Shown: positions 31,956-43,800, numbered from the stretch's first letter. The stretch is DNA of 64,000 bases from an uncultured Acidobacteriota bacterium (GCA_963777605.1 CAVZRV010000027.1:128001-192000); one strand, 5' to 3'. Notes: generated by a model not told the origin, from the sequence alone. A program made the numbers and translations.

Positions 31956-33023
31956 ATGTCTGACGTTCAAAAGAGCACTCGGCGAAACTTTCTGCGACTT
32001 GGGCTGGCCGCGGGGTCGGCGCTTTCGCTCGGCCGCACTGCAATCTCCCGCAACCTGAACCCGGCGTCACCGGATGGCCGGTCAAGAATTGCACTGACAT
32101 GCGGCGAGGATCGAGCCGACAACATCCGGAGGGCCCTCCTTCCATTCCGAGAAGCGCTGCCCCGCGCCATTGGAAACCGGCGCGTTATTCTCAAGCCCAA
32201 CAACGTCATCACCGATAATCAACTCGCGGCGACTCACGCCCAATGTCTCGAGGGAACTCTGGAGTTTCTGAAGGAAATCGGTGTAGACAACGTCGTAATT
32301 GCTGAATCCGCCGCCAACGGCCCCACGATGGACGGCTTCGAAAACTACGGTTACGTTGACCTTTCGAAGCGATACCAGGTCCCCCTGCTCGACCTGGACC
32401 GCGAGGGTTTCGACCTGGTTCACGTTTTCGATCAGACCGATTTCAGGCCGCGAGCGGTCCGAATGTCGTCCCTGCTTCTGAACCGGCGAGAGAACTTTGT
32501 TATCTCAGTCGCAAAGTTCAAGAGCCACGATCGGGTGGTAGCGACACTGTCTCTCAAGAACATCGTTTTCGGCGCCCCCATTAAGGACGAGGGCTTTTCC
32601 TGGGGATCATCCCGCAAATCGGGGGCCAAGTCGGACAAGCACATCGCTCACGGAAGCGGGTTCCGGGCCATCAATTACAACCTGTTTGCCCTGGCCGATC
32701 GTCTCCATCCCTCCTTCGCTGTCATTGACGGCTATCGCGGGATGGAAGGAGACGGGCCGAATTACGGGACGCCGGTCGAACACCGGGTCGCCCTGGCCGG
32801 TTTCGATTGGCTGGCCGCCGACCGGGTGGCAGTGGAACTGATGGGAATCGACTTTTCCAAGGTCGGGTACCTCAATTTCTGCGCCGAGGCGGGAATGGGG
32901 GAGGGCGACCTCAACCGGATTGAGGTCGTCGGCGAACGGGTCTCTGATCACGTCCGGAACTACAAGCTCAACAAGAATATCGAGAAGCAACTGATCTGGA
33001 TGAAGCCCGCAGAAGTCGTTTGA
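31956..33023 (+). CDS. DUF362-family protein with a Tat signal
   Basis: STRRNFL leader; ILKPN, KFKSH, TLSLKN, IDGYRGMEGDGP, AADRVA..LMG. Confidence 0.85.
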   Translation: MSDVQKSTRRNFLRLGLAAGSALSLGRTAISRNLNPASPDGRSRIALTCGEDRADNIRRALLPFREALPRAIGNRRVILKPNNVITDNQLAATHAQCLEGTLEFLKEIGVDNVVIAESAANGPTMDGFENYGYVDLSKRYQVPLLDLDREGFDLVHVFDQTDFRPRAVRMSSLLLNRRENFVISVAKFKSHDRVVATLSLKNIVFGAPIKDEGFSWGSSRKSGAKSDKHIAHGSGFRAINYNLFALADRLHPSFAVIDGYRGMEGDGPNYGTPVEHRVALAGFDWLAADRVAVELMGIDFSKVGYLNFCAEAGMGEGDLNRIEVVGERVSDHVRNYKLNKNIEKQLIWMKPAEVV

Positions 33024-33279
33024 CCCCAAGCCACACCCGGCACCAGGATCCGGCCCCGAACGACCCGTGTGTCACTCATGAGAAGTTGAGTCGTACCTCC
33101 TCGCCCGGCGTCACGTGACTCAAATCCGAATTGACCCCAATGCGGCGTTCGTCGATTCTTGGCCTTCGGAACAGATTTGATATCCTGCAATGAGGAGACC
33201 GGTCGCGTCGCCTGGGTGCGGTTTGCTGTCTCTGGATGGCTAAACTGTTCACTCGCTAGTCCAAACCCAAGATGAGATT

Positions 33280-36200
33280 GTGATTACTAAGCTACCCCTG
33301 TTGTTCTCGTTGTTCGTCGCCATTGCCGCACCCAACGCACTTAGCCAATCGAACGAGCGGGCGGATCCATCCGATTCAGTGACGGAAGAAGATCTCGCCA
33401 TTCTTAATGAATCTCCGTGGGCCCGACAACAGACCGTAACCCGGGTCGTTCCGGGCATTGGGAGTGGTGAATACGGAGAAAAAGAGATTTTCAGCCGGTA
33501 TTATGTCCGCGTTCTGACGGCAAGACCGATCCGCGAAGCCTATGAACGAATTCGTCAGGCGATTGAGGGAGTCAATCGATCGGGAAACGCGCCCGATTCA
33601 GGCCAGGCCGGGAGCGATGATTTCCTCGCCTCAAAGCAAAGCATTGTGATTGCGGTTGCGTTCCGCTCTAATCAGCCCGACCTTGAAAGTGAAGTGACGA
33701 ACACGCTTCGAACCCAGACACTGGACACGCTAAAAAGCCGCGCGTTCCTGTCTACCCAGCGGTTTCCGCAACTCGAACTGATCGAGTACTACCCACCCCG
33801 GGAACCGGCGGTCGGTGCACAGTTTGTCTTTCCGAAATACATCAACGGTCGAGAGGTCATCGGAGACCAGGATCGTTCGTTTGCCTTTGAATTGGACCTG
33901 CCGGGTCACGCTCCCAGGTTACGGGTCACCTTCCCCGTCTCACCGGAAACTCTGGGTGGGACCCAGTCGACGGAGAAGATACAACCCGAGGAAGTACCCG
34001 TGACCGAAGAGTTTCGGATCCTGCCCCAGTCTTCTGAGACAGCCCTCAACCTGGAGTCCGGAAGGTTTGCAGGGATTGTCAACCGGTTTCCGCTTCAGCA
34101 GCGTGGGCGACCCATTCACGGTTCGATTTACGAATACCACCGCAACGATAATTTCGACGCCCGCAATTTCTTTGACCCGGTCGGGGAAGCGCTTCCCGAG
34201 TACAAACGGAACCAGTTCGGAGGAAGTATTCAGGTGGAACTTGGTCCCCGGATCAACCTGTTTGGTTCTTATGATGGCCTGCGAATCAACCAGGGATCCA
34301 CGCTACTTTCGCACCTACCTTCTTTGCCGATGCGCAACGGTGACTTTAGCGAACTCCTCGACCTCGACAACTCCAATCCAGTTGGTTGATCCGGACACTG
34401 GGACGCCCCTTTGAGAACAATCAAATTCCCGCCGATCGCGTCAGTCCAGTGGCCCTCAAATTACTGCCGCTCATACCCAGTCCGAATCGCTCGGACCCCA
34501 TCCGCAATTACGTCAACAGCCAACCGCTGGTTGAAAACCGGGACGAGATTGTGCTCCGTGGAGATGTTGGATTTAAAGACTCGAGCCAACTTTCCACCCG
34601 CTTCCTGATGGTTCAGGGTGACGGAGTCGATGTTCGCCCCCTCCCGGAATTTGGGGTCCGCGAGATCCGGAATCGATACGAAGCCTCGGTCGGCTACACC
34701 CGAACTTTCGGGGAGCAGACGGTCACCACGTGGCGGGTGGAGTTCGAGCGTGATGAAGACCTCAGCGAAGCGCAGATTGCTCGTCAGGCGGGATTGTTGA
34801 AATCCCTCGGCATTGACGGAGTGGGCATCAGTGGTGAAGAAGACGAAGGCTACCCATCGTTTCAACTTTCAGGATACGAAGATTTTGGGGATGAAGGGTT
34901 ACCTTCTCACGAAGTCGAAAACAGCCTTTCCCTCGAGGGAGGAGCCACCTTCTCTCGCGGCGACCATCTGATCCGGCTGGAGGCCGATCTTGGGTTTCGG
35001 CAATTGAATGACAGTCGGTCTCCCAGTCTCGAGCGGGGTGCCTTCGACTTGAGTGGCGTCTTCAGCGGGGACTCCTTCGCCGATTTGCTCCTTGGCAGGA
35101 CGGAAACTGCAACTCGGGCACTTGGATCATCCAGGCAGGACCTTCGGCGGACCAGCCTGCAATTGGGAGTTCGAGACGAGTGGCGACTGCATCCCCGGTT
35201 TTCGATTACCAGCGGTTTGGAATGGAGCTACTTCGGGCCCTACCGATCCATTCGAAACAATGTTTCGGTCTTCCGCCCACTGCTGTTTGAACCACCAACC
35301 GATGGTGGCTTGGTCGATCTGGCGAAACCAAATCAAAAAGGTGGCATCAGCGCTGTTCAGCCCGACTGGAATAACTTTGCCCCTCGCCTGGGGATTGCTT
35401 ACCGTCCCTTGGGAAACAGCCGCCTGGTCTTCAGGGCATCCTACTCGATTTCCCACGATCCCTTACCCTCCTGGCTGTTCGAGAACTACATGGGCCGGAA
35501 TTACCCGTACTATTACATCCAGAATTCGCAAGCCTCCGCTGGAAGTGGGGGCCTGGAACTCGGTTCTCCTTTCGATACCGATGTCGCCACCGAGCTCTCG
35601 ATACAGGATATTTCCCCCCATATTGGGACTCCTTACGCCCAAGCCTGGACCTTGGCAGTTGAGAACGAATTCACCGACCAGTGGAGCCTGGACGTCAGCT
35701 TGCGCTCCCATCACAGTTTCCACGAATTTCGATTCTTACCCTCAAATGTGCCCCTTCCGGGCCCGGGCCCGATCCAGCCTCGACGTCCGAATTCGGATTT
35801 TGGTGAATTCACGATTGTCACCGGAGGAGGTTCCAACCGCTTTTATGAAGCACAAGTGGATCTCGTCCGTCGATTCTCCAGGGGCTTTACCTTCAGCTCG
35901 ACCCTGGAAATCAGGCGCAGGTTCGATGATGATTTTGACGAGGCGCCGTCCGACCCGAGAGACCTCGCCGCGGAGTGGGCTCCGAGCGAAGGATTCCCCT
36001 CCAAGCGATTCCGATTCAACTTCATCGTGGACCTTCCATTCGGGACCGGAAAGGCACTCGGTGGGATTCCCCTGGTTGACGCTCTCCTGGGCGGTGTGCG
36101 GTTTTCTGGAATCGGCCGGATTTACAGTGGCACTCCATTCACCGTTCTCTTGCCGGGAGATCACAACAACGACGGAGTCTTTGCTGACCGCCCAAATCGG

Positions 36201-36530
36201 GTGGCTTCCGGGTCGCTCGATGGTGGAAGTCGTTCTATCGATCAATGGTTCGACACCTCCGCTTTTGTTCGTCCGGGTGAATATGAGTTCGGAAATGCCG
36301 GGAGAAACATTTTGGTTGGCCCTCCATTCCACAACTGGGACCTCAACCTCGTCAAAGATTTCCTGTTCTCAAACAGTCACAGGCTCCAACTACGCATCGC
36401 CTTGTTTAACGCTCTCAATCACGCCAACTTTGATCATCCCGGCAATGTTTTCGGCACCCGCCCCTTCGGAGTGATCACTGCAGCAGAGCGAGCGCGAGAG
36501 ATCGAGATCGCTCTGAAATACATGTTCTAG
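33280..36530 (+). CDS. Oar-like TonB-dependent receptor barrel fused to an atypical N-terminal domain; indels near 34370 and 34405
   Basis: HGSIYEYHRNDNFDARNFF, KRNQFGG, RNGDFS, NNFAPRLGIAY, FGNAGRNIL.GP, FNALNHANF and a terminal Phe (LKYMF). The bridging frame reads TPIQLVDPDTG. Confidence 0.85.
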
Positions 36531-36798
36531 TAGATCGCTTCCGGCTCCCCCGTAGCCATATGGCTTCGCCTCATGATGTGCCTGCTCCAAATCGACAAAT
36601 CCGCTCGTCAGCCTGGAGACGGCGATGCCGACCTTCGACGCAGTAGAGTTCCGGGAGAGCCTGAAAATCCGGATTAACTCTATTAATTTCAGTATTTTGA
36701 TCGACTTCTACCGAGTATCCCGACATCTCCTGTGAGAGGCAAGCTCCAATAAAGTTGACAAATTCGTACTCAGGGTTTCGCTTTTTACGTTCATGATC

Positions 36799-36828
36799 TT
36801 GACTTTACATATGATTCCAGAGTATTCT
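36799..36828 (+). promoter_or_regulatory. Possible sigma70 promoter upstream of the RRM gene
   Basis: TTGACT-18 nt-TATTCT in an AT-rich intergenic region about 200 nt upstream of the ATG at 37030. Confidence 0.45.
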
Positions 36829-37029
36829 CCCGGCACTTGGTGGGCGGGGGGCTGACCTGCCAGGTCGCGTGTAGAGTTCGAAACGGCCCTGTTTTTTTTG
36901 TGTCATCCTGTGAAAAACACCCGAATTTCCGGCCTGTTCGTGGTAAGAACCTTCATTCCTTCCATGTCCCGCCTCTCGTGTGTTCAGTCACTTGGTTGAC
37001 GTTTCCGTATCTATTCTTCGGAGGAGAGC

Positions 37030-37353
37030 ATGTCAGGTAAGAAGATTTATGTTGGTGGACTCCCTTATTCCGTCTCGGACGGCCAGCTCGAGGAGTTGTT
37101 TTCCGCCCACGGGACGGTCGAGTCTGCCCGAGTCATCACTGATCGCATGACCGGTCGGTCGAAGGGCTTCGGATTCGTGGAAATGGCTTCGGAATCCGAA
37201 GCCGAGGCAGCCATCAACACTCTTAACGGGACACAGCTGGGTGGACGGACCTTGACGGTCAACGAAGCACGGCCTCGTGAAAACCGCGGCGGCTTTGGCG
37301 GCGGCGGCGGTGGCGGCCGTGGTCCGGGCGGCGGCGGAAGGGATCGCTGGTAA
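37030..37353 (+). CDS. RNA-binding protein (single RRM with Gly-rich tail)
   Basis: RNP2 IYVGGL, RNP1 KGFGFVEM, LTVNEARP, poly-Gly tail; GGAGGAG RBS. Confidence 0.96.
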   Translation: MSGKKIYVGGLPYSVSDGQLEELFSAHGTVESARVITDRMTGRSKGFGFVEMASESEAEAAINTLNGTQLGGRTLTVNEARPRENRGGFGGGGGGGRGPGGGGRDRW

Positions 37354-37387
37354 CAGCGGTCCTCGGTTCATTTACTGACCGAATTAT

Positions 37388-37435
37388 GGGGGCGGACAAT
37401 TGCCGGCGGTTTTGTGCGCCCCCGTTTCCCTTTCC
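37388..37435. terminator. Hairpin between convergent genes, likely a terminator
   Basis: GGGGCG-G-ACAA...TTGT-G-CGCCCC stem followed by a pyrimidine-rich tract. Confidence 0.5.
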
Positions 37436-37485
37436 TGTTGCCTGGACAGGTTGCTGTTTCCGGAGTATCTCTCGCGTGGCGTCCT

Positions 37486-38493
37486 TCAATCGTCGGCTGT
37501 TCGTCCGAGTTGTGCCGATGTCTGGGCAATAAGGTCTCCTTCTTCCGGTGACAGCAGGAAGTTCATTGCCCCGGAGCTCTCGACGGCATGGCCAGGTTTG
37601 GTTGCACCGGGAATTGCGACCACGGTTGGACCGTGGAAGTGGATCAGCCAGTTAAGGGCAACCTGAGAGGCCGTTACTCCCCGCTCGCTCGCGATTCGTT
37701 CCAGCGTGTCGATTAAGCCACGGCTCTTCTGCACCAGGCGCTTGAGCCGCCAGCGCCGGACGAAGGGCCGCTTGTTGAGAAGTTCAGGGTCCTGGTGGAA
37801 CTTCCCTGACAGAAGCCCCATCTCCAGCGGCGAGTACGCAATGATCGTGATCCCGAGTTGCTTTGCCTTCGCCAGGATTCCATTGGCCTCGATGCGCCGA
37901 TCGAGCAGGCTGTACTTGACCTGATTTGTAGCCAGCTTCAGGCCACGCTTCTCAAGTGCCCGGTGGGCTCGCTCCATTTGACTCGACGAGAAATTGCTGA
38001 CGCCAACCGCCCGGATTTTTCCCGCTTCAACAAGGTCGGCCATGGCGTTCATTTCCGCCTCGACGGTGGCGAAAGAGAGCGGAAAATGAACCTGGTGAAG
38101 ATCGACCGCAAACGGTGCGAGGGCTTCGGCACGTTTCGCAAAAGTCGCCTTGATTGACCCGGCTCCCCGGAACAAGGGGCACCACTTGTTCGCAACCACC
38201 ACCTCCCCGTTTTGAACTCCCGCGCGAACCAGGGCTCTCGACAACCCGCGCTCCGACCGCCCGAATCCATACAATTCGGCGGTATCAAACCAGTTGATGC
38301 CTCCCTGCAGAGCGGCTGCGACAATCTGGTCGGTCGCCTGCTCGGTGAGTGGATCCCAGGTTCCCCTTGCTCCACCCTTCCCCTCGGAGAACTGCCAGGC
38401 GCCGAGGCCTATGGGGGTGACCTCAACACCGCTGGCCCCGAGGGTTCGAAGTTTCGAATCTCCAACGACAGGACGTTCGTTTTCTTCATTCAT
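37486..38493 (-). CDS. Aldo/keto reductase
   Basis: IGLGAWQ, FDTAELYG, DLHQVH, IRAVGVSNF, NQVKYSLLDR, IAYSPLEMGLL, IPGA. Confidence 0.95.
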   Translation of the reverse strand: MNEENERPVVGDSKLRTLGASGVEVTPIGLGAWQFSEGKGGARGTWDPLTEQATDQIVAAALQGGINWFDTAELYGFGRSERGLSRALVRAGVQNGEVVVANKWCPLFRGAGSIKATFAKRAEALAPFAVDLHQVHFPLSFATVEAEMNAMADLVEAGKIRAVGVSNFSSSQMERAHRALEKRGLKLATNQVKYSLLDRRIEANGILAKAKQLGITIIAYSPLEMGLLSGKFHQDPELLNKRPFVRRWRLKRLVQKSRGLIDTLERIASERGVTASQVALNWLIHFHGPTVVAIPGATKPGHAVESSGAMNFLLSPEEGDLIAQTSAQLGRTADD

Positions 38494-38555
38494 GGCATTC
38501 CTAACAAACCCTCGCACCCTGCACACTGCAACTCAAGGGCTGTGGTACTCCAGGG

Positions 38556-40664
38556 TCAGTAACGAGCGCTCCAGTTCACCGTCGCGTCGCCGGCGGATCT
38601 CAACGTGATCGTTCGGATGGCCCCGTTGCGCTGATTGCTGACCAATTCGGCGCCTTTCAGGTCGAATCCTTTCAGCTCGAACTCCACTGGTTCGAAGAGG
38701 GTGAGAACATAGTCATCATTCCCCACCAGGCGACTTGTCCCCTGCAGGTTGCGCTCCGTCCAGGAAAGCGAGTCCAAGTCGGGCCCGCCGCAGGTGATGT
38801 GCCTGCTGGTGGCCAGTAACTGCGGGCGATCGAGTCTCTTCCGGATACAGAACACCTGGCAGTTGAATCGCGGATCGATTTCGCCGGGGTCAAAGGAATC
38901 GACGAAACTGCCGATGAACGTCCGGTTCCAGAACTCGTAGACGAGGAATTCGGCGGAAGGGTCCAACCCCAGGTCGGCAAAAGAGATCCGCTGGGTCTTA
39001 CCGCCGGTTCTTCCCAGGATCGTCCAGTTTTCGAAGTCCCGGTTCATTTCCAGAAGGTAGAGATAGGCGAGCGGGGTCAGGCTGGCGTCAAACGGTCGAT
39101 GGTTCGATCCGCTGACTTCCGCGTTTACCTGGCCCAACCGCTCAATCCGGGAGGGGTCGACTTCGTAAATCTGGCCGGGCAGGGTAAACAGGACCGGCAC
39201 GGTCCTCCGGGCCGGTTCGACAACGTCGCTGAGGTAGACCTCGGGCTTGTCCGTCAGCATGTACAGCGACCCGGTCAGGGACGTGACGGTGGTCGATCGG
39301 TAGGCCTCTTCCCGGCTCAATTCGATGTGGTCGGGGTCATTCTGCCAAACCACGTTATTGAAGGAGTTGTACTGGGCGAGACCGGCGTAGGAAAAGCCGT
39401 CCCCACCGATCCGGCAGGCATCAATCAACCCGATCAACTCGGGGCGGATTCCCCAGCAGGCCATCAGGGGATAGTCGTTCGAAATTTCACCCCGGACGGC
39501 TGCAACGACGTCACGGAAGGCATCAGCCGGCTGAACGCCCTTGCCCTCGAAGTAATCGCGATGGCGGTTGTACCCCTCGTAGCGCAAGTGCCGCAGTGCA
39601 TCGAGTTTGAAGTATTCCCAACCCTGGTCGCGAAGACCCCGGTAAAGGGGACGGATCATCACGTCGAGCGCCCTGGGATTGGAACCGTCGATGATGTTTC
39701 CAACCCAGGGCTCTTCCGGAATGCTGCCGTCCGGATTCTTGACAAAGTACCTGGCATGGCTCTTGAGAGCGTCGGGTTGATGGAACGCGACATTCGTCCA
39801 TATGCCGGGAATCAACCCCTTGTTCTTGATGTACTGTGCCAGGGCCCTGAGTCCGGACGGGAACTTGCTGTTTGGCTCGAGCCACATCTCCGGAAGACCG
39901 GTTGCCCGCTGGTAACCGTCGTCCATCTGAATGTAGCGATATCCGTAGGGCCGGAGACGCTCGGAGATGATGTCCGCGGTATGCTTGATGTCGTCTTCAG
40001 TGACCCCGTTCCAGAATGCGAACCAGGAGCACCACCCCACGATCGGATCCCTTCGCACCTGGTAGTTCCAGGGCTCGAAGCGACTGAGTCCCTTGTGCAC
40101 GCGGTAGAAGGCCGGGCGAAATCGCAAAACGATTTCGGGTCCCGAAACATTGAACTCAAAGCTCCGTCCCGGGTCGCCGGTCTTGATTGGCTTCACCACG
40201 GCCTTCGGGTTGATATCGACCGAGAAAACCCAGTCGCGGTCGCGATCGTAAACCGCCCGGTTGCGCAGGCTGAAACTCATACCGAAAACATGTCGGACGA
40301 TCAGCGGGCCGGACGTCGGTCGATCGACTTCGCAGGAGAACGCACCCGAACCGGCGGATACGGTTCCAGAAAGTTCAAGCGGCGCAGCGAACCCGGGGTC
40401 GTTGAAGGTGAGGGCCTGGTTGACTTTGTCACCTTCTCGCACCGCAACGGTACGAAACTGGACAGCACGTCCCGAAGAAGATTTCACGGTACCCTGGAAG
40501 AGCAACCTTCCATCGTAGTGAATCGCAAGCTTCGTGCCGTCGAACACGACCTGGGCAGGCTCGTTGGGTGGGGCCTGCTGGGCGGAAAGGCCGCTTCCAA
40601 GGACGATCAGCACGAGCCAGAACAGCAGCATCGATCCGGATTTAAGGCGGGTTTCTGGTCCCAT
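38556..40664 (-). CDS. Secreted alpha-galactosidase-like glycoside hydrolase (clan D, GH36/GH27-like)
   Basis: VGWCSW, IQMDDGYQ, KFPSGL, PGIW, YFKLD (nucleophile), CRIGGD (acid/base), NDPD; signal peptide. Confidence 0.82.
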   Translation of the reverse strand: MGPETRLKSGSMLLFWLVLIVLGSGLSAQQAPPNEPAQVVFDGTKLAIHYDGRLLFQGTVKSSSGRAVQFRTVAVREGDKVNQALTFNDPGFAAPLELSGTVSAGSGAFSCEVDRPTSGPLIVRHVFGMSFSLRNRAVYDRDRDWVFSVDINPKAVVKPIKTGDPGRSFEFNVSGPEIVLRFRPAFYRVHKGLSRFEPWNYQVRRDPIVGWCSWFAFWNGVTEDDIKHTADIISERLRPYGYRYIQMDDGYQRATGLPEMWLEPNSKFPSGLRALAQYIKNKGLIPGIWTNVAFHQPDALKSHARYFVKNPDGSIPEEPWVGNIIDGSNPRALDVMIRPLYRGLRDQGWEYFKLDALRHLRYEGYNRHRDYFEGKGVQPADAFRDVVAAVRGEISNDYPLMACWGIRPELIGLIDACRIGGDGFSYAGLAQYNSFNNVVWQNDPDHIELSREEAYRSTTVTSLTGSLYMLTDKPEVYLSDVVEPARRTVPVLFTLPGQIYEVDPSRIERLGQVNAEVSGSNHRPFDASLTPLAYLYLLEMNRDFENWTILGRTGGKTQRISFADLGLDPSAEFLVYEFWNRTFIGSFVDSFDPGEIDPRFNCQVFCIRKRLDRPQLLATSRHITCGGPDLDSLSWTERNLQGTSRLVGNDDYVLTLFEPVEFELKGFDLKGAELVSNQRNGAIRTITLRSAGDATVNWSARY

Positions 40665-40852
40665 AATCCACAAGTTCCCATTACCCTGCAGCCAGGTCAA
40701 GTCGCGCAAGCAGACCGCCTCAGAAAGCACTCCAGAACAGGACTCGTTTCCAAGTCCGGGATTAATGTAAAATACAAAAACCATATTTCTCTTTGCGTCA
40801 ATCGGGAGCCGGGAAGACGCCGCACGATTCTTGGGGGAAGGGCAAGACAACT

Positions 40853-43800
40853 GTGACCGGTAGGAAGATCGCTCACTACGAGATCCTCGAAGAGATCGGC
40901 AGTGGAGGCATGGCGGTCGTTTACAAGGCGCAAGACCTGCGGCTGGGACGAGTGGTTGCGCTCAAGGTCCTCAACGAGCGATTCCGACGGGATCTCCCAT
41001 CCCTGCGCCGTTTTCGACGAGAAGCCCAACTGACCTCCACACTCAGCCATCCCGGGATCTGCACGATCTTCGACATTGAGCACAGTGACGAGAACACGTT
41101 TCTCGTCATGGAGTACCTGAACGGAGCCACTCTTCGTCAACGATTGCACTCCGGGCCGGTCTCCTCTGATGAAGCGCTCTCTATTCTCGATCAGGTCCTC
41201 GATGCTCTTTCCGAGGCTCACGAGCATGGAGTGGTGCACCGGGACATCAAGCCTGAAAATGTCTTCCTGTTGCCTGACGGACGAGTGAAGGTGCTCGACT
41301 TTGGTTTGGCCAAGCCCACCGTTGAGGGTGGGGCAAACGCCGACCAGACCTACCTGACGACTCCCGGCACCGTCGCGGGTACGATCGCCTACATGTCACC
41401 GGAGCAGGTACGAGGTGATCCGATAGAGGCCGCCAGCGACATCTATTCTGTCGGACTGGTCGCCTACGAGATGATGACCGGCGTTCTGCCGACCCGGCGC
41501 CGCACTACCGCGCTCACCTTCTCGGCAATCCTGGCAGAAGCACCGCCACCTCCTTCTGCGGTGAATCACAAATCCCCGGCAGCTTTTGACCGCATCATCC
41601 TCAAGACCCTGCGCAAGAACCCTTTGCTTCGTTACCGGTCGGCGAGTGAAATGCTCGTCGAACTTCGGGAATCGGTCAATCGCAGTTCTCCCCTCATGCC
41701 GAGCAGAAGCATCCCTTCTATCGAATCCTCTTCAAGCGATGTGGCCGCGGTCTCCAAGACCGGAATTCAGGAACCGGATCGACTCAGGAACTCCGCCCCT
41801 GGACTGCCCGTCCGGCCCATCGGAAGAGAGCCCGAATGTCTCCAGATCCAGTCCTTGATGGAGAAAGCGCGCGCCGGGACGGGCAATGTCCTGCTGATCG
41901 ACGGAGAGCCGGGAATCGGAAAGTCCCACCTTCTCGACTTCGCGTTGGCCGAGGCGGAAACGCGGGGCTGCGCCGTTCTGTCCGGCCGATGCTCAGAACT
42001 TCAGGCAGCGCCCCCATTCTTTCCGTTCGTCGAGATGATCGAAAACGTCGCCCGGGCTGCTGATCCGGATACTCTGCCTCAGCTCCTCGGCGAGGGGGCA
42101 CCCGAACTGGCAAAACTGACTCCCCGGCTGCGCCAACTGATCCCCGGCATTCCACCTCCGATGGACCTTCCTCCCGGCCAGGACCGCTACTTGATCTTCA
42201 GCTCGCTGCTGGATTTTCTCGCCCGAGCCGCCGGCGATCGAACTCTGGTCGTGGGAATCGAGGATCTCCACTGGGCCGACGAAGCTACCACCAATTTCCT
42301 CCAGTTCCTTTCCCGGCACCTGCGAGGGCGCCCGGTTCTCCTGGTTGGGACACTCCGCCAACAGGGGTTCGATCCCTCGGCCCCTCTGGCAGAAGCCTAC
42401 CGCGTGTTGGTCCGGGATCGCCTTGTGACCCGCATGTCCCTGCGGCCTCTTTCCAGGGATAGTGTCGGAACGATGTTGGCCCGTCTTTCCTGCGTTCCAC
42501 CCCCACCCAGGGTCATCGACTCGGTGTTCGAAGTTACCGAAGGAACGCCGCTCTACGTTGAGGAACTCTACTACGACCTTCTCGCGGATCACCGGGCCCT
42601 CGATGAAGACGGCAACTGGAAACACAGCCTGGAGATTGGTGAGTTCCGCGTGCCGGAGGGCATTCGCGTAATCCTCAATCGCAGGCAGACTCGACTGAGT
42701 GACCCCGCGCTGAAAATTCTCCAACTCGGTGCGGTGATGGGCCGTCGGTTCTCACTGGGAGCAATTGCGGCCTGTACAGAGTTTCCCCGGGCAAAGGTCC
42801 TGGAGGCCATGGAAGAAGGTGAACGCCTCCAGCAGATTCGAAGCAGCAGTGACAGTGGAGACCTGCAGTTCGCGTTCTGGCACGAACTGATTCGTCGGAC
42901 CCTGCTGGAATCCGTCTCCCACACTCGCCGACTCCAACTTCACTTGAAGTTAGCCGATTACCTGCAGTCCAATCCCCAGGCGGAAGGTGACGGATGTGCC
43001 CAGATCGCCCACCATCTCGTCGGGGCGGGCGCCCTGGCGGACCCGGATCGAACCCGCCAGGTACTGGTCGAAGCCGCTGATGCTGCGCTCCGCAAAACCG
43101 CGTTTGAAGACGCCATCCGATTCTGTGGCCAAGCCCTGAAGTGTGGCAAACCCACGGCGGGCCAGCAGGGGGAGATTCTGTATCGCAAGGGCCTCGCCCA
43201 GACCGGCCTCAATGACTGGCGGGCCGCGCGCGAGTCATGGCTGCTGGCTCTCGACCTCCTTTCCGACCAGGGTTCCAAGGAAACCGCCGGCAGGATCTGT
43301 GCAACCCTCGCTTCACAGGCGATCTGGACGGGACGGCTGGATGAGTGCTACTCGATCAGCAGCCGGGGGCTCGCAATTGTCGAAGAAGAGCCGAGCCCGA
43401 TCCGGAGCCGTCTGCTGGCCTGGGCTGGTCACGCTCTGAGCCAGGGCGGAAATCTCCAGCAAGGGTCCGCGCTTACCGATCAGGCCGTGGCCATGGCCCG
43501 GTCGGTAGACGACATCCGAACATTCGGCCACGTCATGACCCATCGATCCTGCGAGTACTTTTACTCCATGAGGGGGCGGGAAGAGGTGGAGACGGGATTC
43601 GAAGCAATCGAACGTCTCGCCGACGTCCCCTGGGATCGCGCCGAGGCCCTGGCGATCGTACAGATCGGCCTGCTCGGCTGTGGCCGTCTCGACGACTGCC
43701 GCCGAATCGGCCAGGAAGCCATCCGCCTCGCGACCCGGATCGGCCACCTGGGGGGCCTTTGGATGACACAGCGGATGCAGGGTCTCTGCGATCTCCTGGA

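Noticed and set aside
8080-34410. Programmed ribosomal frameshifting in the split genes
   Set aside because: No shared slippery heptamer, the affected genes are unrelated, and close paired indels point to sequencing error.
35053-36474. 473-aa same-strand alternative-frame ORF inside the TonB-dependent receptor
   Set aside because: Ser/Pro/Thr-biased composition, no RBS or motif; an off-frame artefact.
36850-36870. GACCTGCC resembling the end of a cobalamin riboswitch
   Set aside because: No upstream cobalamin core motifs, and the downstream gene is unrelated to B12.
39099-40856. 585-aa plus-strand ORF and other long antisense ORFs (5157..6158, 25602..26819, 46851..48137, 58538..59902)
   Set aside because: They lie opposite motif-supported genes, have no motifs of their own, and are expected as shadow ORFs in GC-rich DNA.
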